This document shows, piece by piece, positions 34,937 through 50,205 of a stretch of 64,000 nucleotides of DNA (position 1 is its first letter; each line of letters begins with the position of its first letter). Origin of the DNA: Balamuthia mandrillaris (taxonomy: Eukaryota); contig JAVKOQ020000075.1 of assembly GCA_031835245.2 (NCBI GenBank), positions 62,001-126,000 of the forward strand, written 5' to 3'. Below the pieces are notes generated by a model. That model was not told the origin of the DNA. It worked only from the letters and a program-made list of their open reading frames with translations, and made no database searches. The position numbers and the translations under genes are program-made.

Positions 34937-36320
34937 CTCACCTCTCACATTAGTGGATCTTTCGGACCAGGAGCAATGCCCACCAGCTCTGATGGTGGCT
35001 TTGAGGCTGCCCTCATTGAAGCCCGGCGTCAGTATGTTTGTGGTCCTGGTACCGGCTGTGTTGAAGGAGTACCACATGGAGCTTCCGGATAGCAACATCA
35101 ACAACGACATGAAGGAGGTCTATTACTTCGACTATGGCAGCATGATCTATTTCTACAGCACCAACGATGACAGGTATTATACCGTTTCCCTTGCTGCTAT
35201 GAGTTTGGATGTGTTGTTTGCGTTTTCGTTAGATGCAAGACGAGGAATGAGATAGAGATATAGAACTTTCTCTACTAACAACGAATTAACAAACAAACTC
35301 AATAGGTACGGCATCAAGGACCTAGACTTCACATCTGGCACCTGCAACCTGGACTTGTTCTGCCAAATACACCCATGTGTGTGCCACCGCTACTCCACCG
35401 GCGTTCGTTCCATCGAGCTTTCTCAGCGGATCAAGGCTAGCCTCACCAAGAAGATCATGCAAGTGGAGAAGGAGATAGAGGAGGATGTAGGGGGCAGGAA
35501 GCAAGCCGCTGAGAGGAAAAAGTACCTCGGCATGAACAAGCAGCAGATCAAGAGAGCCAAGCACATTCAGAAGAAGGAGATGCTGAAGGAAAGGTTGTTA
35601 AACGTGAAGGAGTTTGATGACTGGTACGACTTTTTGGAGTGCGATCCGCTTAACCCGGCCCCTGAGGACCTCTTCACCATCACCATTACCACGGATGACT
35701 TCCCCACGGAGACGCGTTGGTTCGTCTACGATGAGAACACGCTGGAAGGTTTTGGCGTGGCGCCCTTTGGCACTTACACCGACCCCCACACCACCTACAG
35801 CGACTACCTCATCCTTCCCGAGGACACCTGCTACATCTTCTACATTGAGGATGCAGAGGGTGACGGACTCGAGCCACCCGCCACCTACACCGTAACCTTC
35901 GGCGAGGAGACTTTTACCTCCCCCAACAACAATTCCTTTGGCTTTGCCGAGCCCATCCGCTTTGGTCGTCGGTGCGGCCACAGGGAGACCCTCAAGATAG
36001 AGATCACCACCGACAAGTACCCACAGGAAATCAGCTGGTTCCTCGAGTACGTGCCCGCTGGTGGCAACGTCGCCGCCGTCTACCCCGGTGAGTGGGCTGG
36101 CTTCTTTGAGGAGAAGAAGACGGTGGACGTCAGCCTTGACCCCACCCAGTGCTACAGCTTCCAAATCATCGATGCCGGAGGGGATGGCCTTGAGAGCGAT
36201 CCCACTTTTGGCACGGGAGTGATTGAACTAATTTTCGAGGGAGAGACCATCCCCGTTGACGCCAACTTTGGTGCCAGCAGTCCCTACACCTACGTTGGTA
36301 ACTGTGCTGGTTTCATCTAA
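33962..36320 (+). CDS. Secreted protein of about 700 aa: signal peptide, Hcp/phage-tail-tube-like domain with charged insert, two tandem beta-rich repeats (3 exons)
   Basis: Exons 33962-34829, 34954-35173 and 35306-36320 join in frame with GT-AG introns (2103 nt). Signal MKCFFILLFAIAVWSATVRA. The Hcp-like assignment is by eye; see findings. Confidence 0.75.
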
Positions 36321-36445
36321 ACTTCTTTTTGCCTATTTTTCTCTCTTTTTCTTCCCTCTGTGTTGCCTGCCCTCAAGTAAAAAACCGAATATCCTTAACA
36401 ACCCCAGTCCCTTCCAACATTCCCTCCTCTTCTTCTTCTTCTTCT

Positions 36446-36481
<36 letters not shown>

Positions 36482-36545
36482 CTTTCTGTTTAGCAACAAT
36501 TCTTGGCTTTGCTAAAGTCACACACACTAAAGGATGATACACCAA

Positions 36546-39085
<2,540 letters not shown>

Positions 39086-39636
39086 TCCCGCTCAACCGCG
39101 TCCGGCGTGGGAGGGTAAAACCAAAGTGGACTCCACGCACGCTATTCTATATTCCACGAGTTCTTTTGGCGTTGCTCTCCTCCTCTTTTCTTTTGGCGGC
39201 AAATAAAACAATGAACAAATTTCTTTTTTTTACTTTCCTTTTTTTTCGGCAAGAAGTAAATAGGCGGGCGGGAGACTATGCTTATGTGGTGGTTTGGGGG
39301 GAGAAGGGGTGGAGGAGAAGGGGGTGGCGATGATAGAGAAAGATCTTTATTTGGATGGTTTGGTTGCGTTGTATATGTTGGGAGCAATCAATGGAAGTAC
39401 AGTTTCCAATGAATTGGGAGGTAGTAACCCGTCATGGGATGCGCCCCAGACCGCAGTTGGCTAAAGTGGTTGTGCTCGACTACACGTGGAAATGAACAGG
39501 CACGTAGATGGTGTGCCCTCCTAAATAGCAGCCAAGCTATTCATGATAACCCAATTCCATTGCACACTGCCATGAACAGAAGCCAACAAAAAGAAATGGA
39601 GAATAGATGTTTGAGCACACTTGTGAACAGATATTG

Positions 39637-42056
39637 CTAGGTGGGATTATTGTCTGTGGTCTGCTCAGAATAGGAGGGAAGCTTGGAGTAGGACTGAAGG
39701 CACTTGAACACCTCCCAATTGCCACGCTTTCTGGCAATGAGGGCTGCTGTATCGCCTCCCGACACGTTCTTGATGGTGGCGTGCACGTTTATGTTGTGTG
39801 AAAGCAAAAATCGGACCATTGGTAAATGTCCTTTATAGGCACTGATGTGAAGGCAGTTCCATCCCCTATCAGTAGCAGCCTGTCATTGCTTCATCAGTAA
39901 CTATCTCATTCAATCATTCAGCTCTCTTCTTTCGTTCTCATCTCTCTTCTCGTTCTTTCCGCTCTCATCGCTCTCTAATTGCGAATGAAGCTGTACGCAC
40001 GTTAATATTTGAGATAGGTAACTTGCGCGTGTTACTTGTTGTTCCGTTGAGGAGGTACCGAACAACATCAATGTGGTTCTCGTGACAGGCGGCTATGAGC
40101 GGGGTGTAACCGTTCTGCATCCGACAAATAAATAGATAAAATAAAATAAAATGAGAGTTATAAAACAAATCAAACAAGGAGAAAAATCAAACCTGGCCCA
40201 ACACTTCGACGTTGGCTCCATTCTCTATCAAGCACGCCACAACGTCGACATAGCCACGGTAGGCGGCCACGAAGAGGGCGGTGCTGCCCTCGCTGTTGAC
40301 TGCCTCTATATTTGCGCCGTAAGATATGAGGAGCTTCAACATCTCCACATTGCCTTTGTGTGCTGCAACCAAAATAGGGGTATAGTAGCTTTCATCTCGA
40401 CTCTCGATGTTGGCACCCTGTTTCAATAAGTGCTGGAACAAAATAAAAGGTTTGAGCATCATTTCTAATTTAAGCTTTTCGTTAAATTGAAAGAACTTTA
40501 CCTCGACGACAGCGATATGGCCCTCATGAGTGCTAATGAGAAGAGGGGTTATGCCGTTTGAGGTGGCTGCTTCTATATCTGCGTTGTAAGACAGCAATAA
40601 TCGCACCATTTCCAAGTTTCCTTGGAACGCAGCAGACAAAAGAGCAGTAGAGCTTAATACATCTCTAGCGTCCACTTCTGCGCCATGCAACAACAAGGTT
40701 TCAGCTGTGTAGATGCTTATCAGCTCCAATCTCAGATAAGAACGAAAAAACGTTAAAAGTGTAAGGTTGTACCCATTGCCGTCAGCCCGTTATCAGCAGC
40801 TAAAAGCAAGCAGGTGCTGCCAGAATCAGACCGGAATTCCAAATGAGCCCCCAAAGCAAGCAGTTGGCGCACAACTTGATGATGATTGGCATTTACAGCT
40901 ACCATAAGCGGAGACCATCCATCTTCATCAACAACATCGATAATGCTTTGGATGAAAATTTTCTCACTTGCTCTCGTCCAATGCCAGAGAGTGTCTTTGG
41001 TCTCTTGGGAAATTTGTAGAGAATAAGCTTCTTTGGCAAAATCAGACCGTATCCCTTCGAGCTCATCGTTAACAGCTTCAGCGAGCGTACTCGCACTCGC
41101 CGTAGCCGCTTGCTTTCCGCCAACAGGGGTATTTGCAGATACACGCTTGCTGTGGTTGGCTGTTTCTCTTCCTGTCCGCCGCGTTTGTGATTGTCTTGTA
41201 TCCTGGCTGTCCGCTCCTATCACAAGTCCTTCCTTGCTCGCTGTACAAAACCTTTCCTTCTCTGTCTCCACTAACTTCCGTAAAAACCGATATAACAAAG
41301 CATCACATCCATGGGCACAAATCCAAAATAGGAGAGCTGTATCGGACATTTGGTGAAGCCGTGTCCAGCTTCGGTGCAGGTATATGTACAGTCGTTTCCA
41401 GTTTCCGTGAGGCTTGCTTTGGTCCGTTTCGTTATTCTCTGTACTTCCTCTCTTAGCTCCTAATACCAGCGCGTTCCTCCATTCCGCGTTCTCGCTTTGT
41501 GGCCGTCCAGCGACCCCTTCTCTATAGGCCTGCGGCGAGCCAGCTCGCTCCAGCAGCAGTTCTAATACTCCCCATGTCTCCTTCGTTCTCCCTCCGGAAA
41601 CGCAACAGTCCCGCCCAAAATGGTATTTCAGTCGCGAGAACCACAAGACTTCGTCGTTTGTGAGCACAGAGAACTCCTTGCAAACCCGGGCCACGCGCCC
41701 CATGTCTTCCGCTTTCAGGAACAAAAAAATGTGCAGCAGGACCTCCGACGGAAGGTTATGCAAAGACACTGCAAAAGTTTATGAAGTGAGAAGGGCCCTA
41801 ACCAAGAGATGAGGAAGTACGCACGGCCTGGGCAACTGTCATCAAACTGTCCCACAGCTAAGTTGTTCACATTTTCACAAAGCGCTCCATTTCGCCTTTT
41901 TTTGCGTGCTACAAACGAGCTGCTGGTTTGTTGTTTTCCATCTTCTTTCGTACTTGTGGAGGGCTGATCGGAAGGAGGAGTGTCAATGTCCTCCGGAGTC
42001 TTTTTGTGCTCACCCGCACGCACCCTGCCGTCTTCCTTTCTCTTTCGTTTGCCCAT
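39637..42056 (-). CDS. F-box and ankyrin-repeat protein, multi-exon
   Basis: F-box SLHNLPSEVLLHIFLFL...RVARVCKEF; multiple ANK repeats (GWSPLMVA, GITPLLIS, GSTALFVAA, GYTPLIAA). First exon from ATG 42056 splices in frame at about 41822/41769. Confidence 0.9.
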
Positions 42057-42581
42057 CTCTCCAAAACGATCGTTTTTTAAAAAAAAGTAGTGTGGCCACT
42101 CCCTTCAGGAGTTTCGACAGGGCGCTAATGCGCGAGCAGCCTCGTCGGTGGAGAAGGATAATGCAGCTCCCTTGCTGGTTTCGAAAGAGCACAGGCGCCA
42201 GTGCTTGGTGCTACGCTTTTTTTTTTTCTCCTTTTCCTTTTCCTTTAGTTTTTTTTTGAGGGGGGTGTGTGTTGTGGGGGTGGGCAGTTCCGCTTCTTAC
42301 TTTTTCTTTTTGAATTTATTTCGGAATACAAAGACGTGTAGAAACCACCGAAAAAGAAGTGCGGGAAATTCTCGCATGAGATTGTTTCTAACGGCTAAAG
42401 GCCGCCCAGTGAGTTGAGCAGGCAAGCTTTTGGGTAAAACTCCTCAGGTTGGAACACGTGATTTACTTAACAACCCTATATAAGGAAAATCTGAAGGAGG
42501 GAAATTCCTTTCCTGGAATGTCTACAAAAATGGGAAATTTGAAAGAAGAGAGCGTTTCGCACCCGAGCGGGGAGGAAGCCG

Positions 42582-43487
42582 ATGGAAGGAGCTGTAGGCG
42601 GTGAGGAAGGAGCACGGTTCGTGTTTTTTGATTGGGCGGGTACTCTTGCCCGCAAGAGCGGCAGGTCGAAAAAGGACAAATTGATGGGCAGAGTGGTTTC
42701 CTTGCACGAAACGCTGGTAGCCTTGGCGGCAAAGGAGCAAGGAGAAGAAGGCCCAGATATTCCTTCGGTGGACACTCTGTTTCAAGAGTTCAAGACAGTG
42801 CGCGAGGACTTGAAGCAATCCAAAGGAGAGGGGGAGAGCTTTTCCTACAAGGAGGTGCTTGCAAGGCTATGGCCAGTTTTAGGACTGGGCCACAACTTAT
42901 TAGTCAAATGGGAAGAGCAGCTGCTGCTCTGTCTCTTTCCAAGTACCGTAACCACACCCACTAAACGAAGCACTCCAGCCCCTAAGTTAACCTTTTAACA
43001 GAGGAAGAGTCAGCAGGACTCTATCCAGGAGCTAAAGAGGTGTTACAGGCTCTCCAGGCAGCAGCCGTGCCTGCTGGCCTTATCCGTAACAGCAAGCAAC
43101 CAGAGCAGTCCATGCGAAAACGCCTAAAAGAGGAGGGGGTGGAGCAGTTCTTCTCTGTCGTGGTCATGGCTGGAGACCTTGGTGTCGAAAAACCGGACAA
43201 ACTTGTCTTTCTCCATGCTGTAGAGAAGGCCGGTCTACAGAAATTACAGGTCCCATCTTCTTGTTCTTCTTCGTCTTTCATGTTCTTCAACTTACCGCAC
43301 ACATAAGGAGGAGCAACCAAAAAGCATTTGGTACATAGGAAATGAGGAAGAGATAGACGCCAAAGGAGCTAATGGCGTAGGATGGACTTCCGTCCACGTC
43401 AAACATACACAGACGGAGACAGCTTCTATCGCCTCTCACGAGATAGATTGTTTATCCGAACTTTTGAGCGTCTTCCATCTTGCTTGA
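42582..43487 (+). CDS. HAD-superfamily hydrolase (3 exons)
   Basis: Motif I FVFFDWAGTL, LYPGAKEVLQAL, EKPDKLVF (motif III), WYIGNEEEIDAKGANGVGW (motif IV variant). Confidence 0.85.
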
Positions 43488-43887
43488 TGACAAGCCTGTA
43501 TTAGAACGCACGAAGGGATATTTTTTAAGCACGATAGAATAGAGAGGCAATTTTTATTTCTTTCTTTCCACCACCCATTTAGCGGCAACTGGTAGCAATC
43601 AGTGTTAGTGAGGCCAACTTCGTGGCGATAATCGTGTGGAGGAGTGCTCCTGCCGCCTTCTTCCTCTTCCCTTCACAGACCGAAAATAACAAACAAAACA
43701 AACCAACGTGCCTTCTCCGTTCGTTCCTCTGGAGGGAGAAGAAGAGAACGAAGTTGGCACGCCGAGTGGGGCGAAGGTGTTAGCGGCCTTTGCTTTGTGG
43801 CCACACGTCCCCCTTCCTTTTTGTTTTTTTGCAAATGGTTGCGGATGATGTTGAAGGAAGAAAAAAATAATGGAGGGCTAGAAGAGT

Positions 43888-45622
43888 TTAGCCTTGTCTG
43901 CTGCCGCCTCGAGTAGGGTTGTAGAGAAGAAAGCCTCTGCCACGAGCACCTGTTCCTCTCTGGGAATGGTGATGATAACCACCGCCTGGCCCTCCTCTTT
44001 GAGGGCCAGCAAAAGGGCTTGTTGTTGGGATTGATGGTGTTGCACCTCCTCCAAAGCTCCCACTTACTCCTCCTCTTTGGTTTCTGCGCATTCGTTGGCT
44101 CATACGAGCGCCACTTTCATCATACTGAACATGCTGTACAGAGACAGGCAAGGACTCGAACATTTCTATAATGGTTAAAAGTTAAAGTGGCAAGAAGCGG
44201 AGGAGAAAGAAAAAATGAGTAAACAAGGAAAGGGACAACAAACCCTGCATCTCAACGGCTTGGTTTTCGTCGTAGGCCTGCAGAGTTCTTCGTTTGATTT
44301 CCTGATGTTCTTTTTCTTGCTCTGCTCGCTGCAAGCTTCTGTTGACTGCAAGTGCGCTGTTCGTTGGTACGTTCACGCTGCGCGTCTGAAACACCACAAC
44401 AGTAAGTGCGAGCGAGCGAGGGAGGAGGAAGAAGAGAGAGAGAGAGAGAGAGAGAAGAAAACGAATAAGAACAACAGACATACCTGTTGTTTGTTGCCTT
44501 TCTTAAGCAGCACACGGAAGGCCATGTGATCAGAGGGATTAGCAGGAGCGTTGCTGGTTCCGCTGAACAAATCCATGGGAATGGCCATGCCTTGACCTGT
44601 GAGATTTGTGCTACGACTTTCTAGTTTTCTTGTCTCGTAGCTCTCACGCAACATCTTACTAAATTCTCTCTCAAACTCTTCGTCCTCTGGAGTCTTTTCT
44701 ACGACTTTGTCATCCATTCCCTTCACGTTAATCACTTCGGCTTCTTCCTCATCTGCAAGTTCATCCCCATCGTCTTCTGTTTCCTCCTCGTCTTCCTCCT
44801 CGTCTTCCTCCTCTTCTTCCTCTTCTTCCTCTTCTTCCTTGTCTTCTTCTCCGTCCTCTCCCTCTTCGCTGCTGCTCTCACTGTCTCCTTCGCCGTTTTC
44901 TCTATCTGCTTCACCGTCTTCCTCCTCCTCATCTAGGTCTTCTCCGTCTTCTTCGCCGCTCGTTCCATCATCTTCCAAGTGAATGTTGTAGTCTACCCAA
45001 GGACCTATCTTTTTGTTGATTCTGTTGGCACCGGTGGCAATAAGACGCTCCAACAACTCCTTCTGTCTCGCCTCCAAAGCTTCTACCTGGGTGCAGGCCT
45101 CATGGAAAGAAGTAATTCTTTGGAACTTGGGGCATACAAGGTCCAGCATGTCGGAGAACATAAATTCCACATCGATTGGGATGTACTCTTTGGCTAAATA
45201 ATATTTTTGGAAGTACACCAGAAACTTCTCCAACCGTTTCTTGGCAGAGCCCCTTTTTAAGCGGAGACAACGAGGATACGATGGTGTGAGGAACAACAAA
45301 GAGGGACAGAGGGAGAGGGACGGAGTGCACGCACTTGTGGAAGTAAGTGCCGCAGGTATCCAGTAGCGTGCATACAAGCCGAACACGGAAGCAGTCGTCA
45401 GGTGGATCCAATGCTATGTCATCCACTTTGCATGTGATAAGTAGATAGAGGGTGTCAAAGATGGTGTTGCTCTCCACAACACAATAATTGTAAAGTTCTC
45501 CTAAAAACTTAAGGTGGGATACACGCTTTTGTTGATAACTAAAGTCGTTTTGCTCCATCCCTAAACGTATCTCCTGCAAAAATAAATTAATAAACATTTG
45601 AACAAATCAAAGGCAAAACGGA

Positions 45623-45667
<45 letters not shown>

Positions 45668-48399
45668 AAGAAAGAAAGAAAGAAAGGAAAGAAAGGAAAG
45701 AAATCAAGTCAGTTGCACGAACCTCAAGTAAACGGTCCACAAGTTTGACATTAAGCGAGTCATGGTAATGAGCCAAGCCTGCTACTAAGCTTGCTACAAC
45801 ATGAATATTACCGTACTTGCCCTTGTGAATTCGAAGAAGCTCTCGCAGCAACAGATCTTCGTGTTCGCTCCAGTTCATCTTGCGCAGCTGCTTGATCACG
45901 GTGCGGATAGTATGTTTGCTGAGGTCCTGGAAAAGTAGTTTCCGAATGTAACGTTGTATCAGAGGCAAGGCCTTTTCTTTTCGCGCAGGACGGTCAGGAG
46001 GGATACACTGGTAGTAGGCATTTTCCACCATGGTGTCAAGGCGATTATCCAAGTTCTTGATGTTCTTCAGCCGCATCATGATATCCAACATGTTCTTGGT
46101 TCGTACGTGAGTGTGCGGCGTTTTGAACAGGAAGCGACCACAGGTCTCCAAAAGGGCGCAGCACACTTCAACGTTGTGGTAAACAAAGTCGTCCAACAGG
46201 TCCTTCAAGCACTCGAAGATAAGAGGAGTGGGAGCCACTTTGAACTTGCAAAGCTCTCCCAGGAACTTGATGTTCTTGATCTTAGTCTCGATGTTGATTT
46301 GGTCCTTCTTTTTGAACAAGAACCAAAACTCTTTTTTCAGCATGTTGACCAGCTGAGGACCTATGTCTTTCAAGAACTGGTCGAGAGTGGCCACGAAGCG
46401 GGCATAATAAGGGAGTAGCACCAGCTGGTTGCGAGAAACATTGAACAGAAACTTATGATCGATTGGCGAGAGGGGAAGAGAATTAGAAATTTGTTTTGCG
46501 GGTAAATGCAAAAATTGAAAAAGTTAAGTAGTGCCGCTTTTACCTTGACGAGCTTCTTTCGGTTGCCCTTTGAGTTGATGTAACAAAAGTCGATGGCTAC
46601 TTGGTCCACTAGGTCTCTGTTAACGCAAGTGGGCAACCGAGCAAAGAGTCCTTCTAAGGTCACACCTCCAGCTGCTGTGTTTGAGACGGCAGAGGCGACG
46701 CCTTCTGCATCTTCTTCTCCGTCATCTGTCTCTTCACCGAGCTTTTCCTCTTCAGCCGTTCTTTCCAATTCCTTGGCTCGTTCTTGGTCTCTTTCCTCTT
46801 CTGTCTCTTTCTGCTTTTCTGCTTGGCTCTCCGAATGCTTGCCGTCTTGCTCAGCAGGTTGAGAAGGAGTAATTTCTGTCTTGGTACTTTCTTCTTCCTC
46901 TGGTGTGGCCTTGCGGGGCGCAGGCGGTTTGTCCAACTCTCCAAGGAGCACCGCAGGAACAAGCTCTCTTAGTGGGGGTAAGTCCTGGTAAAAAGAACGC
47001 GTTTCCTCGTCATCGAAAACAGCATCGGGACTAAGTCCATCCTTCACATCCTTGACTTGAACTATGACAGCCCCGTCCTCGGAGGGCAAGCGAGTGGTTT
47101 GCTCTTCTTCTGGCAACTCGGGAAGTTCCTCCTGGATTAGTTCGGCAAACCTGCACCAAGGAAGAAAATTAGGAGACTTTTTTAGCAGCGAGGAAACAGA
47201 TGAAATACGTACGTGGTGGTGCTGTGCATAAGCTTCTCAAATGTTTTTCGTATATGGTCATATGCTGCCTTGTTTTTCTCGCTGAGCTCCCCCCGCGAAA
47301 GAAATATCTCACTGTTTTGCTTTTCCTTTGCTTTCAAGCGCTTGTGCGCATCTACGATGACAGCACTTGTTTCCTGCCAAAAGCTTGATACCAACTGCTT
47401 GAACTCTCGCTGCACCTCGGCCGAAGCAAGTTCGTCCTTCGGTTTCATGTGCACTTCGGGTAACGGCAACCGATCGTGTTCTGGTGGTAGCAAGCCAAGC
47501 AGCTCCTCGGCAGCTATTCTTACAAAGCTTCCGACTAAAATCAACTTGTATTGAGTTACTGCCATGCGAGTCAGAAGCTTGTCTTGTGAAAGACTAGAAG
47601 TTCGACGCTCATCCTTTTTGCTCAGTATCTTTGCATTTGACATTAATGAAGCGAATGAAGGACAAGAACGAAAACAAAAAGAACAACACAATGGCTAACA
47701 TACCAAGTGCTCTAGGATAGTCTTTAGTGGAGCAGGGTCACGATAGAGGCCATGTAAGAACAATTCGGTCAAGAGACAAAGAGTAGTTCTCTTCCGCCTA
47801 ATCTTGTTATTTTTCTCGGCTTCAGAGTCTTCCGGCGAAAGTCCGTCTTCTTCAAAGGATTTAGCCAGTGCGGGAACGAGAAGATTGGCAAACTCAGGAT
47901 AGCGCTGATGCATCAGTGAGCAAAGCTGCATTTGCAGAGATGAAATCGAGTAAGTCCTCCACAAAATAAGAGCGAGGGTAATACATACCTGAACAACAGC
48001 GCTAACATCAGTGTGTTTAAACTTGGCATCGACGATAGCATTAACTACTTCGCTGACATAGCGGCTGAGGTTCAGAGTTAACAACTCTGCGCAGAGCTTA
48101 CCCTTAGTCTCATCATTAAGTTTTGGGATCTTCTTGATGAACGCTGTGTTGCGCTTGAGACTTGAGTCCAGCTTCTTCAACGCAGCATCAGCTATGAACA
48201 AATGTTTTTAATGACCACGTTAGCCTACAGTTTCTTAAGTACATTACAGTGAAAATAAGAAGAACCACGTACTCAACCGAGAATTGTCCACTCCACGATT
48301 GGCCCTGCGAGCAGCTAACAAGGTTTCTTTGTGCTTGCGCCATGCCTCTGCCCGAGCTTTTAGCTCTGCCTCTCGTGCTAACCGTTCCTAATTTGTGTC

Positions 48400-48442
<43 letters not shown>

Positions 48443-49119
48443 TCTTTGAGCGAAGGAAAAAAGAAAAAAATTCGGGTGCTCACCTCTTCTTCTTTCTTTT
48501 GGCGCTCCTCTTCTTCCTTTCTCTTTCTTTCCTCTTCTTCCCGCTTTTTCCGTTCCGCTTCCTCTGTTGCTCGCTTCTTTCGCTCCTCCTCTTGCCTCTT
48601 TCTCTCCTCCTCTGCTTGGGCTTGTTGCGCTGCCAGCTCTTGCGCCTTATGTTCCTCTTGCTGTGGAGTGGCAGGAGCAGAAGAGGGCACATCTCCACCA
48701 CCGGCTCCTCCCCTTCTGCCTCTTCCTCCTCCTCTGCTGCCCCGGCGAGAGCCTCCTCCTCTTCCTCCCCTGCCACTGTCGCCCGCTTCTTTCATTGGCG
48801 AGGAATCCGCGGAAGGAGTGGAACGCGCTCCTCCCCTTCCTTTGTTGCCTCCTCTTCCTTTACCCCTTTGTCCACTTCCTCTGGTGCTGCTTGAACTTCC
48901 AGCTGCACCAACGTCGTCCCCAAGCGGCGCGTTATTTGGACCGTTGTTGTCGAGACCTGTACGTTTCCCTCGGCCCCCTCCTCTTCCTGAACCTCTGTTT
49001 CCGCCTCTACCACCTCGTCCACCACCATGAATGGGTTGACCTCCTAGTCCTCCCCCCTGATCCTGGCTGGCGTCTGTTCCGTTTGCAGCTGCGGTAGGGA
49101 GACCCTGCTGCCCACCCAT
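43888..49119 (-). CDS. UPF2: Nonsense-mediated decay factor UPF2, multi-exon
   Basis: KKLDSSLKRNTAFIKK, LNLSRYVSEV, three MIF4G regions (LPTCVNRDLVDQ, LLETCGRFL, DDCFRVRLVCTLLDTCG), acidic tract, C-terminal FEREFSKM..FRVLLKKGNKQQ; RGG-rich N-terminus. Confidence 0.95.
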
Positions 49120-49450
49120 CCATGATGGTGCCACACAAACAAACAAGATGAGTGGAGTGTCTAGCAAAAGTGGCGTGACCACACACTGGGCGAAAAAACG
49201 CAGGCACAAACCTTTCCATCTTTAGGCTGCCATTTACGCGACATACTGTGTCCACCCTTCTGTTTCTCAGTTTGCAGCAGCAGTCAGGGCTCTGTGTGTG
49301 CTGCGGCGTGTGGTGGTGGTGTGGTGCCTTCGGTCTGTTCCTCTTTTTCTTCTCTAAACTGTTCTCTACCAACCTAATATTTACCTACCTATTAGGTTAA
49401 AAGCCTAACACAGCAGAAGCAGAAGAGGTGAGAGCAGAAGAGGAGAGAAG

Positions 49451-49940
49451 ATGACCTCCATCACCGTCGCTACTGCGCGCTACAAGGTTCCGTTTCGCGG
49501 CTTTGTGCCGCGGAGCTACCCCCACTATTGGGCCTTGCCACGACGTGCCCAGCTGCGAAAGATCCCCGCCCCTACGTTGGAAGGGCAGGAAGAGGATTTG
49601 TTGGGACAGGTGCTGGGCAAAATCCGCTCCATTGAACTGACTGAGGGTGACCAACCCACTGGAAAGGTTGCCGACACCAGCGCATTCGAGGGACCTAACG
49701 CTTGTGGCCTGGAGTATCAGAACTGGATGCGATGGAGGAGGAACGAGGTAATCTCTTCCCTTCTCCTTGTTGTTTTTCGGTGTTCTCTTTTCTCCTCCGA
49801 TCACAGTCACCAAATGTCTATCCCTCTGCACACAGCCTACTTTGCGACCAGCCCTCAAGGCACAGAAATGGCACTTCCAAGAGGTGCAGAACAAGACGGT
49901 ACTACAAAAAAAGCGAAAGTGGTTCAAGGGACGAGCTTGA
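49451..49940 (+). CDS. Small basic hypothetical protein (2 exons), possibly mitochondrial
   Basis: Exon 1 ends at GAG|GTAATC (about 49747), acceptor CACACAG (about 49835), exon 2 PTLRPALKAQKWHFQEVQNKTVLQKKRKWFKGRA*. Confidence 0.6.
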
Positions 49941-50205
49941 ACCCGTTTTTGTGTCCTCCCCTTCGGCAGTGTATCTTGTTTGTTGCGTTGTTTTTCTTCT
50001 TAGTCTTCTTCTTCGTCTTCTTCTTCACAAAGGAAGGAGAAAGCAAAACAAAAAAATGCCAACCCGTTGCCCTCACGTTCTTTTTGTTTCTCAGTTTAAC
50101 TTTTGCTTTTCCAACGAATCTCTTCCCTGCTCTTTTTTTCTGCGGGTGAACGGACGAAAAAACAACCCTTTAAAAAACAAAACAACGACAAACACACCAC
50201 AAGAC

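Noticed and set aside
34830..35092. 3' part of ORF 33935-35092 (SLSLSL...FEAALIEARRQYVCG)
   Set aside because: Read-through into a CT-repeat intron; the spliced exon 2 uses a different frame that connects to exon 3.
39400..39600. GC-richer intergenic stretch with short inverted repeats (TTGGCT...AGCCAA; GGCAC...GTGCC)
   Set aside because: No recognisable ncRNA boxes or tRNA cloverleaf; the stems are too short to be significant.
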